The position numbers and the translations under genes were made by a program. From Octopus vulgaris (Eukaryota): a stretch of 64,000 nt of DNA. The first letter of the stretch is position 1. The number at the start of each line of letters is the position of its first letter. The stretch lies in NCBI GenBank assembly GCA_951406725.2, contig OX597821.1, forward strand, positions 83,204,001 to 83,268,000, read 5' to 3'. Of this stretch, positions 25,158 through 43,895 are shown piece after piece. The notes beneath the pieces are model-generated. The model saw nothing but the letters and a program-made list of their open reading frames with translations. It was not told the origin of the DNA and did not search any database.

Positions 25158-25577
25158 TAGATAGATAGATAGATAGATTGATAGATAGATAGATAGACAG
25201 ACATACATACATACATACATACATACAGACAGACAGACAGACAGACAGACAGGCAGGCAGGCAGATAGATAGATATAGATATGTAAATGAATCTAGACAT
25301 ATATGTGAGTGGTTGTATAAATAGAGACAGACAGAGAGAGAGAGAGAGGCTAGAGGATAGGAGGGCGAGAGAGAGAGAGAGAGAGAAGGGTGAGAAATAA
25401 CACACAAACACACGTATGCGTATAAATACCATGTGTGTGGGTGTGTGTGTGTGTGGTATTTAAGGAAGGTAAATCACACTGCAACCTGACAATATACGAA
25501 CAGCCATGCTAGACTGACAGCTTTTCCATACAACTTGGCAGGTGATTCTATACACATACTCACACACATGTGTGTAC

Positions 25578-25614
<37 letters not shown>

Positions 25615-25815
25615 ATATTTATGTGCAACGTTGAATAGAATGTCACGTTAAAAAGCATGGACACATATACCGCCCCCCCCCCCTCCATACACACACAGAG
25701 GTGCTTGCGTGCGTAACCTTATCCACCCAGGCATAAGCGTATAGTTCTAGAAGTTTAGATTTTTTCAACATAAACTTCATGCATACACACATGCATGCAA
25801 CATACATACATGCAC

Positions 25816-25869
<54 letters not shown>

Positions 25870-26031
25870 ACATACATACATATACATATATAGTGCATGC
25901 ATGCATACACACACATACACACACATATACATCGAAACGTAAAAAGACTTTTTCAATTCCTGAGCGTTATACTAATACATCTGTTTGTTTTGTATACCAC
26001 CTGTCTTCGTCTTTTTGTTTTTTTTCGTGAA

Positions 26032-26095
<64 letters not shown>

Positions 26096-26161
26096 GAGAG
26101 GCATACATGCATTTATACATTGCATACGTACACATATGCATTAAAGCACACTTACATGCAT

Positions 26162-26197
<36 letters not shown>

Positions 26198-27081
26198 ACA
26201 CACATGCCTATGTACACACTTGACTTGCATACATACACACCTACATGCATACATGCATGCACTTCTATACATAAGACAACTATAACCAAACTAGGCTTAT
26301 ATTTTTATTTTGATAATTTCCAAGGAAGAACTGGGCCCAACATAAATATTTTCACGTGATTAACAATGTTCCATGCGATGGGGGTTAGGCGACATCCAGA
26401 TCTCCTTTTCCCTCAACTGCTGTTAAAGGAAACCATTTGGCACGTGCCAGAACAAAGCAGCTGTCTCCAACACAAATGCTTGCTTGTCTGAGTATAGTGG
26501 AGTGTTTTTTGTTGCTGTGTTTTTTGTTTTTTTTTTTGTTTCATCGGGGTATTTAGCCAAACACTCCCATATACACACGACGGTCTTAACAAAATAACTC
26601 TTAATCTACTTATCAAGACTAATATTTTATTTTCTTTCAATCTTTTGTTTTCTCTTTCTTATGTTATTATCTCCTACCTCAAGTGGATTTTCGTGATGTC
26701 GTGGTCTGAAAAACTGTAGACATATTAGACATCTTGTGTTGCACCAGAAGTGTCAACTGTATTTAGGTTGTCGGCGAAAAAGTGTCGACATACGTTGATA
26801 AGGAAAAAAGAAAAATCGCAAGATATCCGTCAGTTTACAACAAGAATTATGAAGTTTCCCAGTTAGGTCATTCGCGGGCAATTTATGACCTGTAGGAATG
26901 GCACACCTAAACAAAAAATTACTTGAATATTTTTAGTAGTGTGGCCCACCTAACTATGAATTACATATCATGCGGCCCGCTTCTCGGGAAAGGCTGCCCT
27001 TGTCTGATTGACGTCAACAGAACAACATTATTGAATTAAATGTACGATTAAATTACCTGTCATTGATACTCTATGAGAGTA

Positions 27082-30429
<3,348 letters not shown>

Positions 30430-30778
30430 TAGAAGATAGGAGTGTAAATACGATACAGCTATTCACTGTCATTTTAATCTACCATAACCCTAACCCTCTC
30501 GCCAGTAAAGCTGTGGTCTGGCGTCTATTTCAAAGAAATCATTATTTGTCTAACTCCCAGCTTAAATTTGAATTGTATATCTCCTTCTTCTAAAAATACT
30601 AATGGTATGTGATAGAGCACTCTACTATTTACTTAAAGATTGATATCCTACGTGTTTTAATTCAAATTCTGTCTGAGATGACTTTAGAACCCATGCCCTC
30701 CCAAACAGATTCCGTTGATTAGTCGCCAGTAAGATACTGAGGTTGAATAGATCGTCTCTATTCTGTCCCTTTTGCATA

Positions 30779-30864
<86 letters not shown>

Positions 30865-31539
30865 GCTATCTATCTATCTGCCGGTATGTGTGCATTCATA
30901 CATACACACATGTTTAAGCCTGGTACTTATTCTATCAGTGCCTTTCGCCGAACCTCCAAGTTAAGGTACGTAAACAAACCAACACTCATTGTCAAGCAGT
31001 GGAGGAAGACAAACACACACGCAAAGGGACATACATACACACACACACGCACATACATACAAACATACATACAAAAGCCCGTTAAATATATATATATATA
31101 TAATATATTAATAAATAAAATAAAACATATGCATATATATAAACATATATGTACGTACCAACCTCTACATGTACATATACACGCATATATGAGTACAGGA
31201 CACCAAAAGGACGTCGAACACAATGAGAAACGAAAACATAGACACAAACCAAAGGAACTGAACATTTATTTAAAAACAGCAAAAAAATAGAGTACAGGAC
31301 AATTAACACAAAGAAAAAACCCTTCTTCAGTCGCTAAAGATTTCATCTACTCTACATATATATAGTTCAATTTGAAAACTCCCCTAGAATGGACGAAAGC
31401 GCTATATATATGATATATGATATATGATGTATAAAAACATGTAATATACAAATAAATATCTGTAAATATAAAACCATCCGAATTTCTGAGTACCTCATTT
31501 CTTCTAATATAAAATACTTGTGCATCATCTCCAAACCTT

Positions 31540-31633
<94 letters not shown>

Positions 31634-34600
31634 GTATGTACGTATGTATGTATGTATGTATGTATGTATGTATGTATGTATGTATGTATGTATGTATGTA
31701 TGTATGTATGTATGTGGGTGCACATATATATATGATGGACTTATTTTAGTTTCCATCTACTAAAGCCACTCACAAGGCTTTGATTGGCCCGAAGATATAG
31801 TGGAAGACACTTGCCGAAGATGCCCACGAAGTGGAACTGAACCCGAATCTATGTGGCTGGAAAGCAAACTTTTATGATGTATAAAGCATTGAACTTAACA
31901 AGAGAGTAGCACATAGTCGGGAGGTTTAAGCTTATTCTGTTGGATCAAAGAATTATCAGTTCATATCTTGTCATCAACATGAAGTTGTGTTCCTGGCAAT
32001 GTCATTCTTGCTTTTCATGGTTCAGGACACGGGTTGTAAATATGCACCTGATAAATTATAAGCACAATTTTTGCCAGAGATACACAAAGTCGAATGAACG
32101 AGACTTATTTTATCGACCTTGAAGGAACGAAATGCAATGTCAAACCGAGGTGAATTTTAACTGGGTACGGCGCAGTAAGAAATACAGAAAGACTGTCAGA
32201 ATCATTAGAGCGTAGCACAGACTGCTTTGCGATATATAGCTATCACTTTTTATATCCTGAATTCAAATTCCAGCTTTGTCTTTCGCCCTTTGATAAGATA
32301 ACGTGCCACTTAGGTACTAAATCGATTTAATAATCTACTAAGCATTCGGTTTATGAATGAAATTATAATAGAAGACTAAATGTATAAAGTAGGATAATTA
32401 GTCCACTGTACTGCTTCTTCCAATGCATTGCTTCTAGTTGTCCGTCTCCCTGACAAATGTTTCGTTAGTTTGCAATGCTAACATAAGATCTTTCAGTTGG
32501 TTATTGGGGAAAGGATAGAGATCACTTGATCTGTTAATATGCAAGATGCACAAAACAATAGGTCTGTGGCTATTATTCTCACATTGATGTAATTAATCAA
32601 CTAACAAATGTAATTTATTCCTTAACCCTGAAGCTGATCCACGTGAAATTTAAATAACTTCTAAACGTTTACATCTTGATGGAATTTAAGACGCTCCAAG
32701 ACATTTCATTTTATTACCATTAATCATATACAGAAGTTAGTAGAGTTTGACTAAGAAATAGTATTTAGTAGTTCAACATTCAATACTAAAAACTAAAAGC
32801 TGTGTGTGATGATGCCGTATGGAACGAAACACAGGCTGACATTTCAAGCGGGAACCTTCTCTGGAGGAGAACAGCCCAAGCTTTGTCTCAGGATAATATA
32901 TATTATTGAACCAGTCTCTGCACTAAGTTCGCTGGGTTAACGTATAAGTTGGGCCGTCAGCTTTCTGCATTGTAAGTTATGCAATACGGTGCTTAACTTG
33001 GCAAAGCCATAGTATTTCTGGAATAACACTTCTCCATATCATAGATGTGCTTCATGAGAGCTAATTTAGAGCTCCACAACTACAACAACAACAATACCCA
33101 GACATGAAATTTATTGGAGATCAGGACTTCTGTTTTCGTCTGTAGCATTTCGTCTGTCATTATGTGTGAGATGTTTTCGTTATGAGTTATTTAGGTTTAA
33201 ATACCTGGATATCGGCTCCACAGGCCATTTTGTTCCAGCAGGTCACATGATTAGCCGAACTTATTGTTTGTATTGGTCGGTTTCCAGCCGTCCAATCGTG
33301 TTGGCGCAACAGTTCGTTTTTCCTTACGCGGGAAATCAATCACCAGCAAGGAAGCCTTCTGGTTCTCGATTGCTCTCGGTCTTTGGCACACGCCACTGAC
33401 CACACACAACTCGGCTCTGACAACGATGTATCTGACACCAGCCAGTCTCTGCTTTCACCTCCACCTGCTTACATCGTTGCTGTATGAAAACCACACAACA
33501 GACCAACGACTGCCTCTACACACCACCAAACAGTTTGTCAACTTTGTCTGCAAGATCAACAGTCCAGTCTAACCAAGAAGTCTCTCACAAATCTTTGTTG
33601 TAACCTGTTACTTTATTTTATTCCATGTATGGCAATCATTGTATTTTACAACGGAAAATAAATCGTCGCTTACCAGTTCATTTTCATCTCAAGTCGTTTA
33701 TCATGTTTTTCATTTCCTTTATTCACTCATCTTCGTTATGCATCCTCACTCTTCTCTTCAAATAGTGTTTCAAGAAAACAATGAAAGGTTCATTGAAAAT
33801 AAAATAACCTGGACAAAAATATTTCAGTCTTGACTACCGTACTTTTCTGTACTTAACGTGATCTGTCGTTTATAAGCCAACAACTGTTTGACACATCCAA
33901 GAAAGTCGCAGGCTCCTGACGAATGCCTGTAGAACAGTTTAATCAGCCTTATCGCATTTCAGATATGCCGCACTGTTAAATTTCCCTTCCTGTATAACTT
34001 GTTGCAAATGATTAATAATAGTTATCCTATATAATATCAATGAGGGGATTTATCTCTCGTCGTTTAAAACCTGAAACCGATGCTAAGCACCAGTCTTCAA
34101 AGACCTTCAGCTGATTTGGGAAACAAAATTAGGATGCCTATTCAAAACACATTTGAAATTATGTTCATCTTCATTATACTCAAGTGACATAGTAACAAAG
34201 TCCAACTTCGATACAATACAGAATTAAACGTCGGTATTTATAAGGCTTCCGTTCCAGCAGCTCGATATGACGATTGTACTAAAGTTCACTTACTGTGGCT
34301 CTAGGCAGATCTCACCGAATATGCGTATTTGTAAACATTGGATTATGAAAACATAAGCGTATCATTTACAGAAATAATTATTCAGTAGCAAACCAATGGA
34401 AGTTTAACGAGTTGTGGGCTTTACGTTAAGCCTAACACATACGCTAACACAAACATATATTGACACACAAGCGTATATACACATACATATAAATATATAA
34501 ATATGTAAATAGCATATAACGGATGATGTAATAGAATGTAACTGAGACTAGACAATAAAAGAAATAATACATTTGTATATTTGCTTAAGCTTTCGTTGCG

Positions 34601-34817
34601 CAGAGTGACGCAATAGAAGCGTGCTTGGTTTCTGACCCCGACGTTCGAAGATAACATTTATGCATTACTACAGATGTGCTTACAGTGATAATTACAAATT
34701 ATAGGGGTCAGGGGGTCACCGACTGACTGGGTACACTAAAACTTAAGTAACATAGTGGGTAGAAAGTACAAGACTTTTGGGCTCAGTATGTATATACATT
34801 ATATATATATATATATA

Positions 34818-36091
34818 CAGGGTGTCTCAGAAAGAATTACTCATTGATATTTCTTAATTATTCAAAGTAAACTTAAGGGAGGTAAGAAAATCTGGCACTT
34901 ATGTTCTAATGTAGATTGTCAATCCATTGCAGTAACGATCACCTTCAGCCTTGATCATAGCCTGCAAGCGAGTGTCACTGCGTTGCTTGAGCGCCGTACC
35001 ACCTCTTCATCCAACATGACCCATAAAGACAGAAGAGCTTTCTTCAATTCTGACACATTTGAATAGGAGCGAGCAGAAACATTACTCTCTAAGATGGGCC
35101 AGATGGCAAAGCTCATGAGATTGAGGGAGGCCATATCATCTTGTCCCCAAAACCGCTGAAATGCTCTTTGCACCAACTCAGTGTCAAATTGGATGTGTGG
35201 GCTAGAGCCCCGCCTTGAGTGAATATGTAACGGTCACCAAAGGTTTTTGTGACCCGAGGTAACACTTTCTTATCCAACATTTCCACGTGAACTTCATTGT
35301 TGACCTTGACACCAACATTGATGAAGATCAAGTGAGACTTGGACCCATCAGATGCAACTGAAGCCCACACCATGAGTGAAGCTGGCTTTTGACGGCGTAA
35401 ATGATGCCTGCTACCTTCGGGCAAGTCTCCTGCATTGCGTGCATAAAGCCTGTCATTCTGCCTGTTGGTAGCTATCTCAACGTTGAAGATCTCGTCGGAT
35501 GGATCAGATCAATACTTTGTTAGTGGGACGCTTCGTCTCAGCTAACATGGTTTTTCCCCTCTCGAACCGTTTCTTTTTGGAAGCTACTGAAATTAACTGC
35601 CGGGTTTGTTTCTTGCATGCAGTTAGCTTTAAATCCTCTTCAAAAATCCTGTGCATTGACGATTGCGAAACATCAAGAGCTTTTGCAGTTTTTCATGCAC
35701 TCCGACGGGGATTTCGGTTCATTCACTTCTTCACAACTTCAACAGTTTGTTTGGTACGAATTGATCGTTTCCTACCAGGAATTGGCATGCTGGAGGTAGT
35801 AGCGGACTCCATATATCGTTTCCAGGTATTGAACACTGTTTTACAGCACCCGTTCAAGTGTTTTGTTATGTCCCTGTTGTTCCCTCCAGCTGTTTTTAAA
35901 AGGGACAATCTGGTCCCTTTTTGCTTTCAACACCATGTATTTTTACAAACCTGTTACAGACGAACGAAACAATAGACACATGAACAAAAGACGCATGCAA
36001 ATCTTTATGTAAAATGTAGATTATATTATCCGAACTGATAGGCTTTAGAAAGAGTATTAAACATGGGTCACTCTCTTTCTGGGACATCCTG
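34818..36091 (-). mobile_element. Full-length, inactivated Tc1/mariner element (DD37D, maT-like)
   Basis: TIRs CAGGGTGTCTCAGAAAGA / TCTTTCTGGGACATCCTG, flanked by TA. The frameshifted transposase on the minus strand has an HTH region (..PGRKRSIRT..), an SDE-like first-D motif, MVWAS, FTQ(G)GALAH and WPPS..LN(L)M(S)F. Restoring the consensus SPD gives 37 residues between the second and third acidic positions. Confidence 0.88.
34925..35936 (-). pseudogene. Transposase pseudogene within the Tc1/mariner element
   Basis: ORF pieces 35723-35908, 35113-35424 and 34955-35176 are consecutive transposase segments in different frames, and the catalytic Asp positions are mutated. Confidence 0.85.
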
Positions 36092-36863
36092 TATATATGC
36101 GATTGAATACTTTCGTTGTTTAACACTTTCATTTTCTTGGAGAACGCTCTTACGTTTTTTATGCAGCAGATAAACAGCAAAAGTAGTGTTCTTGTTAAGT
36201 TTACTTGTTAAGTTATTTTTTGACACTTCTGGAATGCTTTTTTTTTTTTTCTTTTTGCCAATGTCTCATTTATTCATTTATGGCAGAACACCACACCGAT
36301 TCAACATACTTCGTTACGTTAGAGGCTTTTTTAGTTTCAAACCAACACTTTCTGGCCCATTATTAATTGTACTGTTACTATTAAATACTTACGTTTCTTG
36401 ATAACTTCTATTTCTAAGAAAACACTCGTTTCTTAAAATTTCATTTCATAGGAAATCATTCAAATCTTTTTGCGAAGGAAAACTATCTCCTACGCTTTTA
36501 ACGATATAAGTCCTTATACTCTCATGGCTCCTGGAATCGACGCCAAACAGTAACACTTTTCTTTTATTAACTTTTTACACGCCTGCAAATCTAAGTACTA
36601 CTACAAATTTCAGTCTCATTTTGCTTTGTCTTTCACATCTTCAAATTTTGACACTATTATGCCATACTAGCGTAGTGCATACTGGCACTGATGGTAAATA
36701 GATGGCAACGATATCACTCCTTGACTGGTATTTTATCAACCTCAGAAAAAGGAAAGGTAAAGCAGACCTCGACAGATTCAAACTTGTAACGTAACGAACT
36801 GGAAAAATGCTCTGACGAGTCCGCTGATCCACTGACTTACACACACACACATACATACATACA

Positions 36864-37270
36864 TGATGGCCGTCCACTCGTGACCGAGGAAGACCATTGC
36901 CGACCTTCAGGAACATTGTGCGCTCTAGGACTAACTTATATTTTGCATTTGCGGCTCCGTTGGTGGCTAATGAGCCCTGCTCTTGACAAGCATACACGAC
37001 TGCAAACATTGCAGACCAAGCTTTCCCCATTCACTATATGAGCCGTGCGCTTTCGCGCAGCTCGCTTAAGTTCTTCATGCTGGATACGTGCTCTCTCAAA
37101 AGTGTCGATCCCCTCCTTAACCTGCTTCCTCCATCTGTGGCGATGACAGGCATTGTTCTCCCAGTCAGTGTCCTGCATATCAAAGGCCTGTAACGAGGAC
37201 TTAACACAGTCCTTAAATCGCAGCCTTGGTTTCTGCCGGAGTCTCCTTCCATTCATAAGTTCTCCATACA
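36864..37270 (-). mobile_element. 3' end of an RTE-clade LINE (ORF C-terminus + 3' UTR)
   Basis: YGELMNGRRLRQKPRLRFKDCVKSSL...WENNACHRHRWRKQVKEG...CNVCSRVCLSRAGLISHQRS, the typical RTE C-terminus with a zinc-finger-like motif. Short 3' UTR and microsatellite tail. Confidence 0.85.
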
Positions 37271-37747
37271 TACATACATGCATACATACATACATACATA
37301 TACATAGATAGATACGTACATACATATACATACATACATACATACATACATACATACATACATACATACATACATACATACATACATACATACATACATA
37401 CATAAGGACCGTTGATAAGGAGTTTTCAAATTCAATACACAAGACGCAGTTTCATACACAGTATTGGATCATCAGGATACATAGCAACTCATCTGGAACA
37501 AAAACTATAATTAAACTTCGGTTCTGGGGGTGAGAAATCAGCTCCATGATTTATACGCTACGAATGATACCTGGGGAAATAAAAATCTTCTGGACCTTCT
37601 TATGATTTATAGGATGATTAACGATAAAAAATGGTTTCCTTCACAACCTTGCTACAAAGGTGGTGGCCGGTCAAAATTAATTCTAAATTTAAAAAACAAA
37701 CAAACAAGACGAAAGCTTATTTACATACATGCAACTAGCTGCATGTA

Positions 37748-37943
37748 CGGGGGATTGCTGAAAAGTTCCTGATTGGAGGACCAACCTTCCAAGTTCTTTT
37801 ACAGGGCTTAGAAAGACTGAAGGACCACTGCAATAAGTGCGTGAATTTGAGAATCAGAGCGGGGAATTTGTTGAATGAAATCATAATTAACTGATCCTCA
37901 TGTATTTTCTTTTACCCAAAACCAGGAATTTTTCAGCACCCCC
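37748..37943 (+). mobile_element. Internally deleted mariner (MITE) retaining the transposase C-terminus
   Basis: Ends CGGGGGATTGCTGAAAAGTTCCTG / CAGGAATTTTTCAGCACCCCC. The interior encodes roughly LERLKDHCNKCVNL..GEFVE*, like the mariner KL..RW.KCV...GEY.E ending. Confidence 0.7.
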
Positions 37944-38735
37944 TATTATGTATACATACATGCACATAATATGAAAGAATATCGGTGAAATGTCCCAGTC
38001 ATGATTTCAATAAAACACAAGCGCAACAGACCAGACATAATGATCAGGGACAGAAAGAAGAAGCTATGCACAGTAGTAGAAACCAGTCGCCCAGCATATG
38101 TTAATATAAGAAAGCATTAAGGTGACGTGGTGACAGAATTGTTAGCACGCCAGGAAAAATACTTAGCGACATTATGTCTGTCTTTATGGTCTACGTTCAA
38201 ATTCCGTCGAAGTCATCTTCGTCTTTTATCCTTTCGGTATCGATGAAATAAATACCAGCTGATTACTGGGGTCGAAGTAATCGACTTAGCCTCTTCCCGA
38301 AATTTCTTGCCTAATGCCAAAATTTGATTCGAACTAATGAGAAATCTGCAACCAAACTTTTGATTTCTACCAATAGTTATTGGAGTACTTTGTTCCGATA
38401 TTGTTCTAATCTTGAGAAGTTGATGTCCAATCTTGTACTAATCTTGAGAAATTGGATATCCCAAAATCAGAAAGAACAAGCCTAATCAATAGATTACAGC
38501 TACAAGTTATCAAAGGCACTGTTAAAATATGTAAAACATTCAGGAAGTTTAGCATATATTAAGATCCACGTATGCAATGACATCTATGCCTGGATCATGT
38601 ATGTGCATATATATACGTATATATATATATATGTGTGTGTGTGATTCCCTCCATGCATACATATACATACATCCATGCATACATACATACATACATACAT
38701 ACATACATACATACATACATACATACATACATACA

Positions 38736-38769
<34 letters not shown>

Positions 38770-38959
38770 ATGCATACATACATATATAATGCATGCATAT
38801 GTACATACATACAAACATACTTTCATGCATGCACACATACACATATACACGTACAACTGCACCCTATTGCTATTGTGTAAATATCATAGAAAAAGCATTG
38901 TTTCTAAGTTAGAAAATAAAACAAAAGTACATAAATCAAAGCATAAAAATCCAATCTTG

Positions 38960-39062
38960 ACGGCATACATAGATACACGCACACACACACACGGAAACAC
39001 GAACACATGGACACATATATGCATGCATACATACACACACATACATACACGCACACACACAC

Positions 39063-39099
<37 letters not shown>

Positions 39100-39162
39100 A
39101 ACAAACACATGGACACATATATACATGCATACATACACATACAGACACACACATACACACAC

Positions 39163-39205
<43 letters not shown>

Positions 39206-39575
39206 CAAACACATGGACACATATATACATGCATATATACACACACAGACATAAACACACATACAAATACACACATACATACACACAAACAACACACGCA
39301 CACATATATACATACATACACACACAGAAATATACAGAGACATACATACATACACACACACACAAACACACATATATACATACACACATACACACACATA
39401 CAAACATACACACACATACACACACATACACACACAAATAAACACACGTACACATATACATACATACATATACACACACACAGACACACATGGAAACATA
39501 CACATACACGTACAAACATACACACACACATATGCATACATACATACATACATACATACATACATACATACACAC
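38960..39575. repeat. Degenerate (CA)n/(CATA)n microsatellite block, representative of dozens in the window (e.g. 11714-12110, 18841-18980, 40310-40730)
   Basis: Direct reading. Confidence 0.95.
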
Positions 39576-40969
39576 TTTCTAGGATGAGATATGTTCTGTT
39601 GTGGAAATCAGCTGCTCTTTGGACACCAATGTTGTTAGAAAAATACAAGAGGAAAAGGTCATCTTTGGACCATTGTTAAGGAGTACCGTAGATATACTTT
39701 CAGCTACACTCACACACACACACACACATACACATATACATGCATGATAGTTACAAGCATCATGGATGTAGCTTTTCAGTTCCGCTTGTGACCTACCCTC
39801 ATTTGCATAAATGGTGGCAGTGCTTTTTGCAGCAGCTGCTCAAAGAGCTTACTACCCACGCAGACACATACCTTCATTCCATCATGGAATATTTCATTGA
39901 GTATTTTGCTTACTTCAGCAACGGACAGCCATAATATGCAACATATAATAGAGATGCTGAAAGTCAGGCAATGCCTGTTCCTTAAGCTTTTTTTAATGTG
40001 AATAAAGGCGTTGCATAGGGCCGATCCCATTATCTAAACAATGTATGCATTTGCCCATAAAGAAAAATTAGTCAACATCGCTGATGCAAACCAAATCGCA
40101 GATGTTGCATCAGAGTTTTCCTTCTGCTAGGGAGATGTCTAAACAAAGAATAGGACTCTCTCACTCCCAGCTGTTGGATACCCGATGACTTTACTGAGTT
40201 CATCCACCCGTAGAAAGATTTTGCTTTTGTCCAGTGAAATCTACCCTCCTCACCGAGCAGGCTTTGTAAGGTTGCCGGTTTAGTCACCGACGGTCAGACC
40301 ATACACAATCACATATACATGCATACATACATACACACACATGCATACATACATACATACATGCATACATACATACACACATACATACATACATACATGC
40401 ATACATACACACACACAGACATACATACATACATACATACATACATACATACATACATACATACATGCATATATACATACACACACACATACATATATAC
40501 ATACGTATATACATACATACATACACACATACATACATGCACACATACATACATACATACAAACATACATACATACATACATACATACATACATACATAC
40601 ATACATACATACGTACGTACATACGTACATATACACACACATGCATACATATATACATTCATACATACGTAACTACATACATACACACATACATACATGC
40701 ATGCATGCATACATGCGTGCATACATACATAACTACCTTGTTATCTAAGTTCCATTGATAGGGACTTGCTTCTGGGAAAGAAACCTCAAAGAACATACAT
40801 GTTTGTATTCATACGTACAAACATGCACATATAAATTTGCATTCACAGACACACACACACAGCCATACTAATATACATATACAAACATACATACATACCT
40901 GCATACATGCATATATACATATACATGCACATGCACATAAACACACGCACACACACACATACACACAAT

Positions 40970-41017
<48 letters not shown>

Positions 41018-42446
41018 TCATGCATAATATATTTCGTCATACGCCCATCCTTTTGAAATGCAAACAGACTCCCATTCGGGTCGCCATCACACCACCCACA
41101 GTTCGAGGAAGCATTTTGCACTTGAGCAACAACGGTGAATGATTATAACACATTGACTGGTAAGAGAGTTTTCTTTAACTGTCTTCCGACACTCCCCACA
41201 TAAACTCTGCAACCCCTAGGCCCCCTAACTACCATAACCACCGCCGTCAATTATTACCATCACCAAACACTCCTATCTCTTCCTCCACCAAAACAAAAAT
41301 CAAGAAAAAAAAAACCCACGCGATCTAAGTATATGAAGGTACCAATGGACAAACAAACATTGCATAGAATTGCATATCTGTGTGACTGAGGGGCTATCAA
41401 GTACTCTGTGAGCTTTATGTTTGTGCGTGGCACATGAGTGGGGGAGTACATAGATACGGATGTAAGCTGATAGATATCGAGGAACAAAGAAAGATGCTAT
41501 ACATACGAACGCTCTCACATAGATTTTAGGGTCGATGCTCCATCATGGCCTTGACCGTGGTAGCTAAAGCAAATTAGACAACTAAATATCCATTTGTGTG
41601 TGAATATATTGTGTGTTTGTGTGTATGTGTATATACATATATAGACGTCTGGTTCCAGGTTCAGTCCCACTGTGTGGCCATCTTGGGCAAGTGTCTCCTA
41701 CGATGGCCTCGGGTCGATCAAAGCCTTTGTGAGTGGATCTCTTAGACAGAAACCTGTAAGGATCCCGTCGTATATATATATATATATATATATATACTAG
41801 AAGAAATGAGGTACTCAGAAATCTGGATGGTTTTATATTTAAATATATTTATGAATATGTCACATGTTTTTATAAACCATATATTAGCGCTTGCGTCTAC
41901 TCTAGTGGAGTCGTCACTAGAGTGGCCCCTAGACTTATCCCCTCTAATTTACGGAGACGTAAACACAACCAACATTGGTTGTCAAACAATAGTGGGGGAC
42001 AAACACACACATATATTTATATATACGACAGGGTACTTTTAGTTTCCGTCTACCAAATCCACTCACAAGGCTTTGGTTGGCCCGAGACTATAGTAGAAGA
42101 TACTTGCCCAAGGTGTCACGCCGTGGCACTGAACCCAGAATCATGTGGTTGGGAAGCAAGCTTCTTACCACCCAGCCATGCCTGATGCCATAAAAATTTA
42201 TAAACTTTCGAGAGAACGTGAAATAATTGAATAATTCTTTTTTGTTTTTCCCCCTTTCTTGGTACAGTGAATCTTGAAGCATTTATTGCTGTAAGTAATA
42301 GTGTGTAGAAAAGTCGAAGCCTGCCGTGGGACATCCAAAAGTCTTTTTCAGCCCAATATTAACATGCTATTAATGATAAGCATTATGTGCTTCGAGATCC
42401 ACAATTCCAAAAAGAAACACACACACACACAATAGTACATGTATTC

Positions 42447-42735
42447 CAGCGTTTCTGAAACTTTTTCCATTCATTACCCCATTTTTCACCACGAGCTTTT
42501 TTCGCGACCCCAGGTATCAAATATGAAATAAAACATACAAATAAATACATAAATCTTTTTTTTTCTTTTTTTTTTTTGCTGAACAATACACATATGAAAA
42601 AAAAAAATGTAGTTACGTTATTTGTCAAAATAAAAGTAGTTTTCGGATTTGTGTGTTTGTGAAATAACAACTGCATTGAAATTCGAGTGTTTGAATTTAA
42701 TTTTCGCTTCGCGACCCACAGTTTAAGAAACGCTG
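42447..42735. mobile_element. hAT-type MITE
   Basis: TIRs CAGCGTTTCTGAAACT / AGTTTAAGAAACGCTG and subterminal TTCGCGACCC motifs; TSD degenerate. Confidence 0.65.
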
Positions 42736-42820
42736 ATATTATTCTAACAATAGATGTATATCCATTTCATACATCTTTTATGACACCGTTTATACAAATG
42801 AGAGTAAAAAGAGAGTGAGT

Positions 42821-42902
<82 letters not shown>

Positions 42903-43895
42903 CGTGGTTGGGGCGGAGATTACAAGCTTCAAATGTACTCTGCTATATAATATACAGAGATTATTATGACGGTTTCGTAACACTGGTTATGAGGGTCGGA
43001 GGTGTAGTGTGAGAGAGTAGCAGAATGGAGCCTGTTTACGGAGGGCGATGGTGTGAAGCAATGGAAGCGGTAAGTGTGTGGAACACTTGGTAGCTTCTTC
43101 AGGGTGGTGCTTTAGTGTTTTGTGGTGGTGGCGGTGGTGGTGACGATAGTGACGGTTGTAATAATAGTAGGAAGAGGGGTGACGAACGAGATGAAACCAC
43201 ACTTATGAGATGTACTGGAGGCAGAAATGATGATGATGATGATGATGATGATGAGGAGGAGGAGGAGGAGGAGTAGGATGGAGGTGATGATGGTGACGAT
43301 GGTCGATAATGACAGCGATGATGATAATTAATCATAATGACAACGACGGCGACAATGATGATGATGAGGAGGAGGAGGAGATGCTGATGATGATGATGAA
43401 GATGATGAATAATGGAAGTTGTAAGAGGAAGAAAAAAAAGAAGTAGAATTTATAAAGTATATTCTGTGTATGGGAAGTAATAGCAAAGAAGCTGGAAAAG
43501 AGGAGGAAGGGTGGATGGGGGGAGGAGGGGGAGGAGGTGAAGAATTCAAAGACGAGAACGATTTTGAAATCGTCGCCACCATCGTCATCATCATTTTTAC
43601 CAACACCAACCAACCAACTAGCCAACCAACCAAGCAACAACCAACCAGCCAACCAAAAAAATAAACAAACGAACGAATAAACAAACGAATCAAAAGACAG
43701 ACAGACAAACAACCAAAAACAACAGCCAACAGAATAAGCGGGATGGTTGAGAGGCATCAACTAAAGCCGCAACACAATCAGTCAGTCTTTCCGTGTTATT
43801 TACTAATTCCCACACAAAGGAAGCTGTTAAATTTTTGTTTTTTACCAGACCCCAAGGTCGAGCGAACGAAGGAACCACCACGTGGTTGCTCTATC

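Noticed and set aside
38789-39679. Longest ORFs (296, 254, 223 aa) and the many HT/YI/CV/MYVC-rich ORFs across the window
   Set aside because: They are translations of (CA)n, (TA)n and (CATA)n microsatellites, which lack stops; there is no domain content or splice context.
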